From contig JBBROY010000019.1 of NCBI GenBank assembly GCA_038228795.1, positions 2,905 through 66,904 of the forward strand: 64,000 nt of DNA, in the 5' to 3' direction. The position numbers and the translations under genes are program-made. The notes below the pieces were generated by a model. That model saw only the letters and a program-made list of their open reading frames with translations. It had not been told where the DNA came from and ran no database searches. This document shows, one piece after another, positions 43,101 to 53,317 of the stretch. How positions within the stretch are numbered: position 1 is the stretch's first letter; each line of letters begins with the position of its first letter. This DNA comes from Gemmatimonadales bacterium (lineage in GTDB: Bacteria > Gemmatimonadota > Gemmatimonadetes > Gemmatimonadales > Gemmatimonadaceae).

Positions 43101-45560
43101 CTGCCGCTGCATGGCCGTCGAGTAGCGCGACGGGTATTCATCGAACAGCTCGACGTCGGTCACCAGTCCGGCGCGGGCATACGCTCCTTCGATCAGATCG
43201 TGACTGAGTAGCGCGTTCTCTGGAAAGCGGTCGTGCGTTGCGCGCTCGAATGCCGCGACATCGTAGATCCCCTTCCCCGTGTACGAGCCTTCATCGAACA
43301 AGTCTTGATAGACGTCGGATACCGCCGTCGTGTACGGATCGACCCCCGGATGCCCGGAGAAGATCGACGCGAACCGCGACCAGTTGGCGCTCTCGAGCGT
43401 CACGCCGACCCGCGGCTGCAGGATCCCATAGCCGCGCGTCACGCGCGTGCCGCCGCTGCGGAACGCGGCGCGATTGAGCGGATGCGCAATCGTGCCAATG
43501 AGCGCGGCCGCCGCGCCGCGCGGCAGCAGTGTATCGGCATCGAGGGTGATGACGTACCGCGCGCCGGCGAGCCACTCGGTATCGCCCTCTACCGTGGAGA
43601 ACGCCTCGCGCGCGCCGCCGCCGAGGTACGCGTTGAATTCGCCCAGCTTGCCGCGCTTTCGCTCCCAGCCCATCCACACGCCCTCCTGCTCGTTCCACAG
43701 GCGCGGCCGCTGAAAGAAGTAGAAGGGAGAGGATGCGCCGTATTCCATGTTCAGCGCTCGCAATCCATCCACCGCCGCGTCGACGATTGCCGCGTCGGCC
43801 GGCAGTGTCTCACGCTCGGCGTCGGTGAAGTCGCTCAGCAGAGCGAAGCGCACTTGTGGGTCGCGGTTCGCGAGAAACTGCGTCTCGAGATGGTCCAGCG
43901 CATCGCGCGCGGCGTCCGGCCCGTCGAGCAACAGCGGCACCACCACCATCGTGCGATGCTCGGCCGGCACGCCGTTCTTCGCGTAGTCCAAGCGCGACAA
44001 CCGCGCTGGAGGCACGATGAGCATCGTCAGTTGATTGACGACGGCGATCGCGATCTCACTCGCGGGTACGCAGGCGAGCAGCGCGGCGGCGAGGCGCGCC
44101 ATCCATGAAACGGTGTCGGGCAAGGGGGCGATGATGATCGCCAACGCGGCTATCGTCGCGACGGCCACCGCGGTGGCGTAGACCGGTCCGGAATGACGCC
44201 GCGCAAAGCGCGCGATGCGCTGCGCGGGCGCGGGCCGGTAGCCCAGAACGCGCTCGAGATCGCGCCGTCCGCGATCGACGAGGTAGTAACCGACGTGTCC
44301 GACGCGATCGCGCTCGTCTGCCTCGCCGCGCGCATCATCGCGGTCGGTCGCCGCGCCGCGCGCCGCCAGGGCAATCGCGGCGTGGGCCACGGCCGGCTCG
44401 GTCGCCTTCGTGCGCTTGGCCAACTCCTCGATCGCGTGACGATAGCGGTCGCGCGTGTCGAAGGTCAGCGCGGAATAGAGTCCGGAAGGATCGCCGCGCA
44501 ATACCGCTTCGGTCGCGCTCATCGACTCGACGAACTCGGGCCACGAGAAGCTCGAGACGGTTCGGAGACTCGTGATGCTGTTGGCCATCACGAGCTGCGT
44601 CAGTGACAGGCGCCGCGTGGATCGCTGGACGGCCTGCTCCACGCTCATGGCATCCTCGGCGATCCAGCGCTCGAGCCAGAGGAGCGGCATGAAGTCGGCG
44701 CGAGCCACGCGAATCTGCTGGAAGAATCGCGTAAGAAACGCCGGGGTCAGATCCGGCGTGTGGGTGACGAACTCCGCCAGCTCGTGGCGGAGCCGGCCGT
44801 CGTCGCGCAGGCCATCGTCAGACTCGTCAGGTGCGGCGGCGGCCGTCGCGGCGCGGAAGCGTTGCACCCACGTATCCGCACGCTCGGCGTCGACCACGTC
44901 ATGCGTCGTGCGGAGCGCCATGCGCCGCACATTTTCGAGCAGACCCATGCGGAGCATCACCGGCCAAGCCCAAAGCTCGCCGAGCGTGAGCGGCTCGACT
45001 AGCTGGTACTCGCGCACCATGAGCTCGATGTTCTGCTGGTCGAGCTGACCGTCCGTATGGCCGATGAGCTCGAGCGCGATCTCGTAGAGTCGCGGATAGC
45101 CCTGCAATGGGCCGGCGCCGAGCTTCGGCAGCTGGTGATAGAATCCCTGCGGCATGCTCGCGCGAATCTCGTGCGCGTGCTCGACGACCACGAAGAAGTT
45201 GTCGAGCAGCCAGGCACCGGCCGGGCTGGCGTCCAGTCCCCGCGCAGTCGCCTCGAGCAGCGATCGGCGTGCGTCGTGCAATACTCGTTCGGTGTCGGCG
45301 AGCCGGGACAGCAGGAAGCCCGGACCGCGCCTGCGGCCCATGAATCCGGCCAGCTCGGGGGCGAGCTGGTGACGGCGCGCGAGATCGAACGCGTGCTGCG
45401 CCAGTTGGCCGGAGCCATACAGCTCGCCTACCCGATTCGGCGCCGACGACGATGCTGTCGAATGTGACGTATCCACCTGTACAGCCACTAGCGCCAACGC
45501 TCGGCTCGATGGCGGTCGGGTACCGGGCTCGAGCGCGAGAACGCCGCGCTCGTCCCACAT
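37164..45560 (-). CDS. cgs: Cyclic beta-1,2-glucan synthase (Cgs/ChvB/NdvB type; GT84 plus GH94 phosphorylase-like domains), 2798 aa
   Basis: N-terminal TM region. GT domain (MVVVPLLLDG...ITLDADTLLP...QHRWTRGDWQ). Further TM block. Large C-terminal GH94-like region (cellobiose/chitobiose phosphorylase-like motifs, YQSSGAYGFRDQLQD). Confidence 0.9.
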   Translation of the reverse strand: MWDERGVLALEPGTRPPSSRALALVAVQVDTSHSTASSSAPNRVGELYGSGQLAQHAFDLARRHQLAPELAGFMGRRRGPGFLLSRLADTERVLHDARRSLLEATARGLDASPAGAWLLDNFFVVVEHAHEIRASMPQGFYHQLPKLGAGPLQGYPRLYEIALELIGHTDGQLDQQNIELMVREYQLVEPLTLGELWAWPVMLRMGLLENVRRMALRTTHDVVDAERADTWVQRFRAATAAAAPDESDDGLRDDGRLRHELAEFVTHTPDLTPAFLTRFFQQIRVARADFMPLLWLERWIAEDAMSVEQAVQRSTRRLSLTQLVMANSITSLRTVSSFSWPEFVESMSATEAVLRGDPSGLYSALTFDTRDRYRHAIEELAKRTKATEPAVAHAAIALAARGAATDRDDARGEADERDRVGHVGYYLVDRGRRDLERVLGYRPAPAQRIARFARRHSGPVYATAVAVATIAALAIIIAPLPDTVSWMARLAAALLACVPASEIAIAVVNQLTMLIVPPARLSRLDYAKNGVPAEHRTMVVVPLLLDGPDAARDALDHLETQFLANRDPQVRFALLSDFTDAERETLPADAAIVDAAVDGLRALNMEYGASSPFYFFQRPRLWNEQEGVWMGWERKRGKLGEFNAYLGGGAREAFSTVEGDTEWLAGARYVITLDADTLLPRGAAAALIGTIAHPLNRAAFRSGGTRVTRGYGILQPRVGVTLESANWSRFASIFSGHPGVDPYTTAVSDVYQDLFDEGSYTGKGIYDVAAFERATHDRFPENALLSHDLIEGAYARAGLVTDVELFDEYPSRYSTAMQRQHRWTRGDWQLLPFLFARGESAGAVSALSRWKIFDNLRRSLVPVAMTAWLVAGWTVLPGPAATWTAVALGAFALRWLLAPALAMMRPPREQSWRPYYAALRGDAWSSAQQAALGIVFLPHQASDAVDGVGRALVRTLVTRRRMLEWKTASQVERFAAQRTTAAWREMWVAVVLGVVFTALGAYASHLWLVLPFALCWIAAPWIARYISEPKARPDLAITPSQREALVRYAKLHWRFFDHFVSADTRWLAPDNFQETPAPVVADRTSPTNMGLQLLATVSAFDLHFISRGDMVERLERALATMASLRRLRGHFYNWYRLSDRGVLEPPYVSTVDSGNLAGHLIAVAAACRELADGARSDAPAEAARLAAVAAQARAMAMEMDFTLLFDARRKLFAIGFDERANRLDASTYDLLASEARLASFIAIAKGDAPTEHWFRLGRSLTSQAGETALVSWSGSMFEYLMPSLVMPSRPYSLLDQTHRAAVRRHIAYARARGVPWGISESAYNVRDRHDTYQYRAFGVPDLALKRGLANELVIAPYATALALPIDPHEALANLMALEHAGALGDYGFHDAIDYTRPDGDGTRAVVRTSMAHHVGMSLIALDNALHIAEGDGLWQRRFMTDPACRAARLLLDERVPRRYVAQSPQPDVADLAPRRAAVAEPVVREFDTAHTAEPRVGLLGDLPYCVLVTNAGGGYSRSNGMAVTRWRADATRDDTGQWIYVKDLDADRVWSGAYQPTGATPDTYRVTFATDRVVFARRDGDIDTRTDIIVVPRDRAEVRVVTVTNRSRETRDIELTSYAEVVLADPDADRAHPAFQNLFVETEWLPDGIILASRRPRSATERRPWCAHVVATGAERVGDVTCETDRARFIGRGRTVRAPRALDHDVELSGTTGAVLDPTMALRVRLRLLPGRTATAAFSTLVADGRDEARNLADRYRDLRAADRALSLSWTTAQVELRDLDVPPAEAALYQELAGTLIYPNEELRASATLRAENRRGQRALWAHGISGDWPLVLATITDEGGLPSVRQLLVAHKYWRMKGVTADLVIINAKAPTYVQDLHDQIVSIVLSSSEGGVIDRPGGVFIRRADTMQPEDVALLQATARVTIACDGVGLGNVAENAELGAPAAPVEQWMVVDRGRSASRALSTPPALAVVAGTRAGPDALTNTDAGDTNGFGKLTDNGDYEMRIAGAHVPPAPWANVIANPNAGFCVTERGGGFAWAENSYFFRLTPWQNDPVCDPCGEVLYLRDDDSRRMWTPTPAPALAIDDVDTLGNGPPPYVVRHGPGRSSFTHERDGIASELVLGVPESDPVKITRLTLTNRGAKQRRLTLTSFVELTLGAQREHTRHQLHTWRDEQTGAVFAQNYFTDDFASRVAFSWISAPVAGFTANREEFIGRNGDLVAPAALFADALSGTCGAGFDPCAAFRAAVVLEPGETREIVVLLGAATSESEARAIIGRHAAPSAASAAVDGSVRAWEARLSVISARTPSPEFDAMLNRWSLYQALACRMWARSAFYQSSGAYGFRDQLQDCMAFAYAEPAIARAHLVRCAGRQFPEGDVQHWWHEPGGSGVRTRFSDDLVWLPFVADHYVVVTGDASVWDERASFLEQKPLAPHQHEAYEQPRVSAESATLYEHCVRALDRACTTGSNGLPLIGSGDWNDGMNRVGIDGHGESVWLAWFLVAALRRFAEHAAARGDSEVVARCRQRAADYAAAVERTSWDGAWYRRAYFDDGTPLGSAASDECQIDAIAQSWAVLSGAADGDRARRAMQSVGERLVREDARLIMLLSPPFDHTARDPGYIKGYLPGVRENGAQYTHAALWTALAAARLGDGDRAAHLLAMLNPLTHARTQQDVATYKVEPYVVCADVYTALGHVGRGGWTWYTGSASWMYRVALEGVLGFTKRGSHLAIEPCVPAAWKEFAIEYRFGSSTYAIAVQNPDGVSRSVRRVEVDGVVMSDRVVQLVDDGGRHEVVVSMGRV

Positions 45561-45760
45561 GTCGTGTGATACAACTCAGTGACGAGCGTTTCCAATGGGG
45601 TCCAAACCTTCATACCGCGTTTCGCCTCGTAATTTCAGTCGTGAGCGTGATACGCGCGCCGTGCCGGCGGCAGTCGAGACAATGCCTCGAGCGCACCGCG
45701 GCCATGCAGAGCAAGGTAGACGCCACGCGCTCGGAGCGCGCTCGCCCGGCGCTCCCGGCG

Positions 45761-47395
45761 CTACGCCGCGTCGACGATCGCTTGCGCTTCCTCGACGATG
45801 CGGGCCAAGGCGTCCTTCCCCCGAAAACTCTCAGCGTAGATCTTGTAGATGTCCTCGGTTCCCGACGGCCGCGCGGCGAACCAGCCGGTGGCCGAGGTCA
45901 CCTTCACGCCGCCAATCGGCGCATGATTGCCCGGGGCTTCGCTGAAGACGCCCGTGACTTTCTCTCCGGCGAGCTCGGTGCAGTGCACCTGTTCCGGTGA
46001 GAGCGCGCCGAGCCGCTTCTTTTGTTCGGCGGTCGCGGGCGCCTCGACGCGATCGTACGCTGGCTCGCCAAATTCTCGCGTCAGGTCGGCGTAGATCTCT
46101 CCAGGGTCACGACCCGCCGTCACGGTTATTTCCGCGGCGAGCAACGCCGCGACGATGCCGTCCTTGTCCGTAGTCCATGTGGTTCCGTCGCGACGCAGGA
46201 ACGATGCGCCGGCACTCTCCTCCCCGCAGAAGCCGAGCGATCCGTCGGCCAAGCCGCTGACGAACCACTTGAAGCCGACCGGCACCTCGTCGAGCCGGCG
46301 GCCGAGCTTCGCGGTCACGCGATCGATCATACTGCTGCTCACCACCGTCTTCCCAACGCCGGCGTTCGCGCTCCAGTGCGGCCGATGCTGAAAGAGGTGT
46401 TGGATGGCGACGCTGAGATAGTGATTGGGCGGCAAAAGACCCGTGCTCGCCGCCACGATGCCGTGACGATCGTGATCGGTATCGCAGGCGAAGGCAATGT
46501 CGAAGCGATCCTTCAGCGCGATCAACCGTTGCATGGCGTAGGGTGACGACGGATCCATTCTGATCCGGCCGTCCCAATCCACGCTCATGAACCGGAATGT
46601 CTGATCGACCACGTCGCTCACGACGGTCAGGTTCAGATGGTAGTGCTCGGCGATGGGCGCCCAGTAGTGAACGCCGGCGCCGCCGAGTGGGTCCACGCCC
46701 AGACGGATGCCGGCGCCGCGAATCGCATCCATGTCGATCACGTTTCCCAGATCGTGCACGTACGCGTTGAGATAGTCGTGCCGATGCGTCGTGCTCGCGC
46801 GTAGGGCGCGCTCGTACGGAATGCGTTTCACACCGTCGAGACTGTGATCCAACAGCTCGTTGGCCCGCGCTTCGATCCAGCGGGTGACGTCCGCATCCGC
46901 CGGCCCGCCGTTGGGCGGATTGTACTTGAAGCCACCGTCGGCCGGCGGATTATGCGATGGCGTGATCACGATGCCGTCGGCCAGTCCCGACGTGCGGCCG
47001 CGATTGTATGCGAGAATAGCGTGTGAGACCGCCGGTGTCGGCGTGTAGTCGTCGTGCTCGGCGAGCATCACGTCCACGCCGTGAGCCGCCAACACCTCGA
47101 GCGCGCTGGCACGTGCCGGCTCCGATAGCGCGTGGGTGTCGATGCCGAGGTAGAGCGGGCCGTCAATGCCCTGCTGCCGGCGGTAGCGGCAGATAGCCTC
47201 GCTGATCGCGAGCACGTGCCATTCGTTGAAGGTCGTGTCGAAGGACGAGCCGCGATGACCCGACGTGCCGAAGGACACGCGCTGTGCCGCCGCATGCGGA
47301 TCGGGCACGTTGGTGTAGTAGGCGGTTACCAGCTTCGATACGTCGAGCAGCATCGACGCCGGCGGCGGATGGCCGGCGAGGGGACTGACCTTCAC
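45761..47395 (-). CDS. pgm: Phosphoglucomutase (alpha-D-glucose phosphate-specific)
   Basis: Near full-length colinearity with E. coli Pgm as I recall it: [42 protein letters not shown]. Confidence 0.95.
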   Translation of the reverse strand: MKVSPLAGHPPPASMLLDVSKLVTAYYTNVPDPHAAAQRVSFGTSGHRGSSFDTTFNEWHVLAISEAICRYRRQQGIDGPLYLGIDTHALSEPARASALEVLAAHGVDVMLAEHDDYTPTPAVSHAILAYNRGRTSGLADGIVITPSHNPPADGGFKYNPPNGGPADADVTRWIEARANELLDHSLDGVKRIPYERALRASTTHRHDYLNAYVHDLGNVIDMDAIRGAGIRLGVDPLGGAGVHYWAPIAEHYHLNLTVVSDVVDQTFRFMSVDWDGRIRMDPSSPYAMQRLIALKDRFDIAFACDTDHDRHGIVAASTGLLPPNHYLSVAIQHLFQHRPHWSANAGVGKTVVSSSMIDRVTAKLGRRLDEVPVGFKWFVSGLADGSLGFCGEESAGASFLRRDGTTWTTDKDGIVAALLAAEITVTAGRDPGEIYADLTREFGEPAYDRVEAPATAEQKKRLGALSPEQVHCTELAGEKVTGVFSEAPGNHAPIGGVKVTSATGWFAARPSGTEDIYKIYAESFRGKDALARIVEEAQAIVDAA

Positions 47396-47422
47396 GGTCG
47401 ATACCGCGTTAGCATCTCGGCA

Positions 47423-48445
47423 TCACGCGGACGCGCTCTTCTCCGCATGCCCGCCGAATTCGGAGCGCATCGCGGAGAGCACGCGGTTCTGGAAGTCGGC
47501 CTCGCCGCGCGATGAGAATCGGCTGAAGAGCGCCGCCGCGAGCACGTTGGCAGGTACCGCCTCGTCGATCGCCGCTTCGAGCGTCCAGCGTCCTTCGCCC
47601 GAGTCGGACACGCGTCCCTGGTAGTGATCGAGCGCGGGATCGCCGGCCAGCGCCGCGGCGGTGAGATCGAGCAGCCACGACGCGATGACGCTCCCGCGAC
47701 GCCACACTTCGGTGATGTCGGGGAGGTTGAGATCGTACTGATACGCGGCGGGATCGCGCAGCGGTGTGGTCTCGGCGTCCGCCGCGCCGGCAACCGCCTT
47801 TCCCACGTTGGCGTGCTTGAGGATGTTCAGCCCTTCGGCGTACGCCGCCATCATCCCGTATTCGATTCCGTTGTGGACCATCTTCACGAAATGGCCGGCG
47901 CCGTTGGGACCGCAATGCAAGTAGCCGCGCTCCGCCGTGGCGCTCATGCCGGCGCGGCCGGGCGTCTTGGGCGCGGATCCCTCTCCCGGCGCGAGCGTGG
48001 CGAAGATCGGATCGAGCCGGCCCACCACGTCGGGCTCACCGCCAATCATCAGACAATAGCCGCGCTCGAGGCCGAACACGCCGCCGCTGGTGCCGCAGTC
48101 CACATGGTGTAATCCCAGCTCGGCGAGCCGCTTGGCGCGGCGGAGGTCGTCGCGATAATAGGAATTTCCGCCGTCCACCACGATGTCCCCGGCGGCCAGC
48201 TTGGGCAGGATGAGGTCGAGTGTGGAATCGACGACAGCCGCCGGCACCATCAACCAGATGGTTCGTGGAGTCGCGAGGCGCGCGACAAAATCGTCGAGAG
48301 TGGTCGCACCACTTACGTTGTCGCCGGTCAGAGCCTGCACGGCCTTCGGTTGCGGGTCGTATCCCACGCACGTGTGGCCGCCGCGCGCGAGACGACGCAC
48401 CATGTTGGCGCCCATGCGCCCGAGTCCAACCATCCCTAGTTGCAT
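47423..48445 (-). CDS. gnd: 6-phosphogluconate dehydrogenase (decarboxylating), short Gnd/YqeC-like form
   Basis: MQLGMVGLGRMGANMV Rossmann motif, GGNSYY, GTSGGVFG, GAGHFVKMVHNGIEYG. Confidence 0.85.
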   Translation of the reverse strand: MQLGMVGLGRMGANMVRRLARGGHTCVGYDPQPKAVQALTGDNVSGATTLDDFVARLATPRTIWLMVPAAVVDSTLDLILPKLAAGDIVVDGGNSYYRDDLRRAKRLAELGLHHVDCGTSGGVFGLERGYCLMIGGEPDVVGRLDPIFATLAPGEGSAPKTPGRAGMSATAERGYLHCGPNGAGHFVKMVHNGIEYGMMAAYAEGLNILKHANVGKAVAGAADAETTPLRDPAAYQYDLNLPDITEVWRRGSVIASWLLDLTAAALAGDPALDHYQGRVSDSGEGRWTLEAAIDEAVPANVLAAALFSRFSSRGEADFQNRVLSAMRSEFGGHAEKSASA

Positions 48446-48527
48446 GAAATATTTCCTCTCGATTGTCTACACTGTAGCGCCGCCGTGGCGGCGGCGCCCC
48501 GAAGTGGTTTCAGGTGACGGTCCCGCT

Positions 48528-50174
48528 CTATTGCCGCGATTTACGGTATCGGCGCATCAGCTCGTTGGTCGAGCTGTCGTGCGCATCGGGCGGCGAACTC
48601 TCGCTCGCGAGCGCACCGGCGATGCGCTTGGCGAGCGCTTTCCCAAGCTCGACGCCCCATTGATCGAATGAATCGATCCCCCAGATGACGCCCTGTGTGA
48701 AGACGCTGTGCTCGTAGAGCGCGACCAGCGAGCCAAGTAGACGTGGCGTCAGCCGCTCCGCGAGAATCGTCGACGTCGGCCGATTTCCCTCGAACACGCG
48801 ATGCGGCACGAGCCACTCCGGCGTCCCTTCGGCGCGTACCTCGTCCGCCGTCTTGCCGAACGCGAGCGCTTCCGTCTGCGCGAACACGTTCGCCATGAGA
48901 ATCTCGTGCTGGCCGTCGAGCGGATTCAACGACTGTGAGAACGCGATGAAATCACAGGGAATGAGCCTCGTTCCCTGATGAATCATCTGATAGAACGAAT
49001 GCTGCCCATTGGTGCCCGGCTCGCCCCACACGATGGCGCTCGTCTCGTAGTCCACGCGCTTGCCATCGAGCACGACGTGCTTGCCGTTGCTCTCCATGGT
49101 CAGCTGCTGAAGATACGCCGGAAAGCGCTTGAGATATTGATCGTACGGCAGCACCGCGACGGTCGCGGCGTCGAAGAAGTCGGCGTACCATACCGCGAGC
49201 AGGCCCATGATCACCGGGAGATTTCGATCGGGGGGCGTGGTTCGGAAATGCTCGTCCATCTCGTGGAACCCGGCGAGCATCTCGCGAAACTGATCGGGTC
49301 CGATGGCCAGCATGGTCGAGAGTCCGATCGACGACTCCATCGAGTAACGTCCCCCAACCCAATCCCAGAACTCGAACATGTTGGCGGGATCGATGCCGAA
49401 CTTCGCGATGGCATCCGTATTGGTGGACACCGCGACGAAGTGCTTGCCGATCGCCCCGTCATCGCCGAGCGCGCGGGAGCACCAGCCGCGCGCCGCGTTG
49501 GCGTTGGTCATCGTCTCGAGGGTGGTGAACGTCTTGGAGCAGATGATGAACAGCGTCTCCGCGGGATCGAGATCGCGCGTGGCCTCCACGAAGTCCGTGC
49601 CGTCGACGTTGGAGACGAACCGGAAGTCCAACGTGCGTTGGCTGTAATGGCGCAGCGCTTCGTACGCCATCACCGGGCCGAGGTCGGATCCGCCGATGCC
49701 GATGTTGACGACCGTGCGAATGCGCCGGCCCGTGTGACCGGTCCAGCTGCCATCGCGGACGGCGTTGGCGAACGTCGACATGCGGTCGAGCACCGCGTGC
49801 ACCATCGGCACGACGTCCGCGCCATCGAGGAGTATTCGCGCGTTCCTGGGCGCGCGCAGGGCGACGTGGAGGACGGCACGCTGTTCGGTGACGTTGATCT
49901 TCTCGCCGCTGAACATGGCGTTGATGCGCGGTTGGAGGGCGCGCTCTTCGGCCAACTGGAGCAACAATCGGAGTGTCTCGCCGGTGACGCGATGCTTGGA
50001 GTAATCGAGATAGAGCCCGGCGGCTTCGGCCGAGAGGCGCGTTCCGCGCGCGGGATCGTCGGCGAATAGCTGCCGCAGATGCACTTGGCGGATGCTGCGA
50101 TAATGCTCCTGCAACGCCTTCCAGGCCGAGCTTTCACCGAGCGGTTTCGCCTGTGCAGCGGTAAGGGTCGTCAT
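48528..50174 (-). CDS. pgi: Glucose-6-phosphate isomerase
   Basis: [33 protein letters not shown] and [10 protein letters not shown] motifs. Confidence 0.95.
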   Translation of the reverse strand: MTTLTAAQAKPLGESSAWKALQEHYRSIRQVHLRQLFADDPARGTRLSAEAAGLYLDYSKHRVTGETLRLLLQLAEERALQPRINAMFSGEKINVTEQRAVLHVALRAPRNARILLDGADVVPMVHAVLDRMSTFANAVRDGSWTGHTGRRIRTVVNIGIGGSDLGPVMAYEALRHYSQRTLDFRFVSNVDGTDFVEATRDLDPAETLFIICSKTFTTLETMTNANAARGWCSRALGDDGAIGKHFVAVSTNTDAIAKFGIDPANMFEFWDWVGGRYSMESSIGLSTMLAIGPDQFREMLAGFHEMDEHFRTTPPDRNLPVIMGLLAVWYADFFDAATVAVLPYDQYLKRFPAYLQQLTMESNGKHVVLDGKRVDYETSAIVWGEPGTNGQHSFYQMIHQGTRLIPCDFIAFSQSLNPLDGQHEILMANVFAQTEALAFGKTADEVRAEGTPEWLVPHRVFEGNRPTSTILAERLTPRLLGSLVALYEHSVFTQGVIWGIDSFDQWGVELGKALAKRIAGALASESSPPDAHDSSTNELMRRYRKSRQ

Positions 50175-50396
50175 ATTTGCCCGTCGCGCGTTTGCCTCGC
50201 GTCCCCGTCGTCCGCGGTCGCCTTCATCGTGACACCTCGTGTCGAGCTAGTATCGTGCGAGTGGGATGAGCGCCTTGCTACACCGCTATACATCTTCCAC
50301 AGAGACCGACCTGTCCAGTACTGACGTGAATCGCGGCGCTCGCTCCTGCGCGACCGCTGTGCTAGGGTTCGACGTGTCCCATAGCGAGCGCTGCCC

Positions 50397-51833
50397 TTGC
50401 CCTTGATCCTGGTGACCGGTGCCTCCGGATACATCGGCGGTCGCCTGGTACGTGCGCTACAAGGACGATCGGTACGCTGCATGGCAAGGAATCCCGCGAC
50501 CGTCCAGTTCCGGCTGCCGAGCGACGTCGATGTCGTCGCCGGTGACGTGCTCGACCGCGACTCACTCGATCGCGCACTGGCTGGGGTGGACGTGGCATAC
50601 TACCTCGTTCACTCCCTCGCCGCGGGCTCCGCCTTCGAGGAGCAGGATCGGCGGGGCGCGGAGAACTTCGCGCAGAGCGCGCGAGCGGCGGGAGTGCGAC
50701 GGATCATCTATCTCGGAGGGCTCGGCGAGCCCTCGGCCGCACTCTCATCCCATCTGCGAAGCCGCCAGGACACGGGCGACGCGCTGCGATCCGCCGGTGT
50801 ACCGGTGCTCGAGTTTCGCGCATCGGTCGTGATTGGATCGGGAAGTCTTTCGTTCGAGCTGATTCGATCGTTGGTCGAGCGCCTTCCCATCATGATATGC
50901 CCGCGCTGGGTGTCGACGCGCACGCAACCGATCGGGATCGATGATGTGATCGCCTACCTCGTCGCGGCGGCGGACGCCGACCTGGTCGAGCGCGTGTTCG
51001 AGATCGGCGGCGGCGAGGTCACATCGTTTGGCGGGATCATGCGCGAGTACGCGCGCCAGCGAGGCCTGCGCCGGTACCTGATATCAGTGCCGCTCCTCAC
51101 GCCTCGTCTCTCGAGCTTGTGGCTTGGCCTCGTGACGCCCATCTACGCGCGCGTTGGCAAGCCGCTCGTCGAGGGAATGCGAAATCCCACCATCGTGCGG
51201 GACACCTCGGCGTTGGCGCAGTTCGCGATCAAGCCAATGGGATTGTCGGAGATGATCCGCCGCGCGCTTCGGAGGGAGGATCGAGAGGCGGCGGAAACAC
51301 TGTGGACGGACGCGGTCTCCTCATCCGGCAGCCGGCAACCGTGGGGAGGCACGCGGTACGGGTCGCGCCTGGTCGAGGTTCGCACGCGCGCGACCGATAA
51401 AACGGTTGCCCAAGCGTTCGAGCCAATTCGCCGCATTGGCGGCCAGAGCGGATGGTACTACGCCAATTTCATTTGGCGCCCGCGTGGTCTGTTCGATCTG
51501 TGGGTGGGCGGGCCGGGAATGCGACGCGGCCGTCGGCATCCCGAGCGGCCGGATGTCGGCGGGCACATCGACTGGTGGCGCGTCGAGGCATTCGAACCGG
51601 ATCACCTGCTGCGTCTGCGGGCGGAAATGCGCCTACCAGGACGCGCCTGGCTTCAATTCGAAGTCGAGCCGGATGGAGCGGGGTCGATCATTCGGCAAAC
51701 GGCGATCTTCGACCCGCTGGGCCTCGCGGGTCTCATCTATTGGTACGCCCTCTACCCGATTCACCGGCTCATCTTCACAGGCATGCTGCGAAACATCGCG
51801 ACGGCGCCGGCGGGTGCAAGCGTGTCGCGGTAG
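50397..51833 (+). CDS. NAD(P)-binding SDR/NmrA-like domain fused to a DUF2867-like C-terminal domain
   Basis: ILVTGASGYIGGRL Rossmann motif. The C-terminal part (WWRVEAFEP...LRLRAEMRLPGRAWLQFEV) fits DUF2867. Apparent TTG start. Confidence 0.7.
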   Translation: MPLILVTGASGYIGGRLVRALQGRSVRCMARNPATVQFRLPSDVDVVAGDVLDRDSLDRALAGVDVAYYLVHSLAAGSAFEEQDRRGAENFAQSARAAGVRRIIYLGGLGEPSAALSSHLRSRQDTGDALRSAGVPVLEFRASVVIGSGSLSFELIRSLVERLPIMICPRWVSTRTQPIGIDDVIAYLVAAADADLVERVFEIGGGEVTSFGGIMREYARQRGLRRYLISVPLLTPRLSSLWLGLVTPIYARVGKPLVEGMRNPTIVRDTSALAQFAIKPMGLSEMIRRALRREDREAAETLWTDAVSSSGSRQPWGGTRYGSRLVEVRTRATDKTVAQAFEPIRRIGGQSGWYYANFIWRPRGLFDLWVGGPGMRRGRRHPERPDVGGHIDWWRVEAFEPDHLLRLRAEMRLPGRAWLQFEVEPDGAGSIIRQTAIFDPLGLAGLIYWYALYPIHRLIFTGMLRNIATAPAGASVSR

Positions 51834-51949
51834 AGGTGGCTCAGCCCGGGCGCGCCGTAGGTCGAGCGCCCTGGTGTACTTCGCGATGGGTTCTGGACGA
51901 TCGGGATGCCAATGCGCTATGCTCATACCGAATCCCATCCGGAGCCGTC

Positions 51950-53317
51950 ATGCCTCGTCCCCTAGGCGCTCGCGCGTGCGCGCTCGGCGTCTGTGTTCTT
52001 CTGTCGGCTCTGCTCGGTGCTTCAGCTCCGGAGAGCTCCTCGGCGGATCTCGCATTCAGCGATACCCGTCTCGCCAACGGTCTTCGCGTCATCATCGCCG
52101 AAGATCACAGCGCTCCCGTCTATTCGATCGCGATCAGCTACAACGTCGGATCGCGCGACGAGCGCCGCGGCCGGACCGGATTCGCGCATCTGTTCGAGCA
52201 CATGATGTTCAAGGGCTCGGCCAACGTCGGGAATGGCGAGCACTTTACGGTCGTGTTCAACAACGGCGGCAACATGAACGGTACGACCAACAAGGACCGT
52301 ACCCTCTACTATGAGACGTTGCCCGCCAACCAGCTCGAGCTCGGCCTCTTTCTCGAAGCGGATCGCATGCGCTCGCTGGTCATCACGCAGGCCAATCTCG
52401 ACAACCAGCGCAACGCCGTGCAGGAGGAGCGCCGGCTCGGCGTCGACAATGCCCCATACGGTAGAACGTCGGAGGCGATCGATTCGCTCGCGTTTTCCAA
52501 TTTTTCGTATTCGCATTCCGTGATCGGCTCGATGGCCGATTTGAGTGCCGCGTCGGTGGAAGATGTGCAGGCGTTCTTCAAGACGTACTACGCGCCCAAC
52601 AACGCGGTGCTGGCAATTGTCGGTGACGTCAATGCAGCCCAAGCCCTGGCGAGAGTGCGCAAGCACTTCGAGTCGATACCGTCGCAGACCGCGCCCCCGG
52701 CCGTGGACATGGCGGAGCCGCCGCCGAGCGGCGAAAAGCGCATTGCGCTCGACGACGCGCTCGCGCGCGCAACGCGTTTGGACATTTCCTACGAGGTGCC
52801 ACCGTCCAGCTCGCCGGATGACGCCGCGCTTTCGGTGCTCGCCACCGTGCTCAGCAGTGGACGCAGCTCGCGGTTCTACGAGCAGGTTGTCCGGCAACAG
52901 CAACTCGCGACGAACGCGACCGCGATGAAGGGCGAGAGTCGCGGCCCGGGATTGTTCACCGTGAGGATTATCGTGGCGCCGGGCAAGCAGGCCGCGGACG
53001 CCGAGAAGGCCGTGATGGATGAAATCGAGAAGATCAAAGCCGCGCCCCCGGCGGACTGGGAGATGGACAAGGCGCGCGCCAATGCGCAGCGGAGCGCGAT
53101 TGCCTCCCAGGAGAGCTCGTTGTCGCGCGCGATTCTGCTCTCGCAGTACGCGATGTTCTACGATGATCCAGGCCGCATCAACACGCGTGTCGCCCGCATC
53201 AAGGCGGTGACCGCCGCCGATGTGCAGCGCGTGGCGAAGCAGTACCTCGTGGAGAACAATCGCAGCGTCATCCAGACCAATCCCAAGCCGGCCGCACCAG
53301 GCCGCGGAGGCCAGTGA
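51950..53317 (+). CDS. M16 (pitrilysin/insulinase) family zinc peptidase, catalytic-type subunit
   Basis: Signal peptide. Inverted zinc motif FAHLFEHMMFKGS (HxxEH). The ORF-track N-terminal extension (51452-51949) is Arg-rich and was discarded. Confidence 0.85.
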   Translation: MPRPLGARACALGVCVLLSALLGASAPESSSADLAFSDTRLANGLRVIIAEDHSAPVYSIAISYNVGSRDERRGRTGFAHLFEHMMFKGSANVGNGEHFTVVFNNGGNMNGTTNKDRTLYYETLPANQLELGLFLEADRMRSLVITQANLDNQRNAVQEERRLGVDNAPYGRTSEAIDSLAFSNFSYSHSVIGSMADLSAASVEDVQAFFKTYYAPNNAVLAIVGDVNAAQALARVRKHFESIPSQTAPPAVDMAEPPPSGEKRIALDDALARATRLDISYEVPPSSSPDDAALSVLATVLSSGRSSRFYEQVVRQQQLATNATAMKGESRGPGLFTVRIIVAPGKQAADAEKAVMDEIEKIKAAPPADWEMDKARANAQRSAIASQESSLSRAILLSQYAMFYDDPGRINTRVARIKAVTAADVQRVAKQYLVENNRSVIQTNPKPAAPGRGGQ

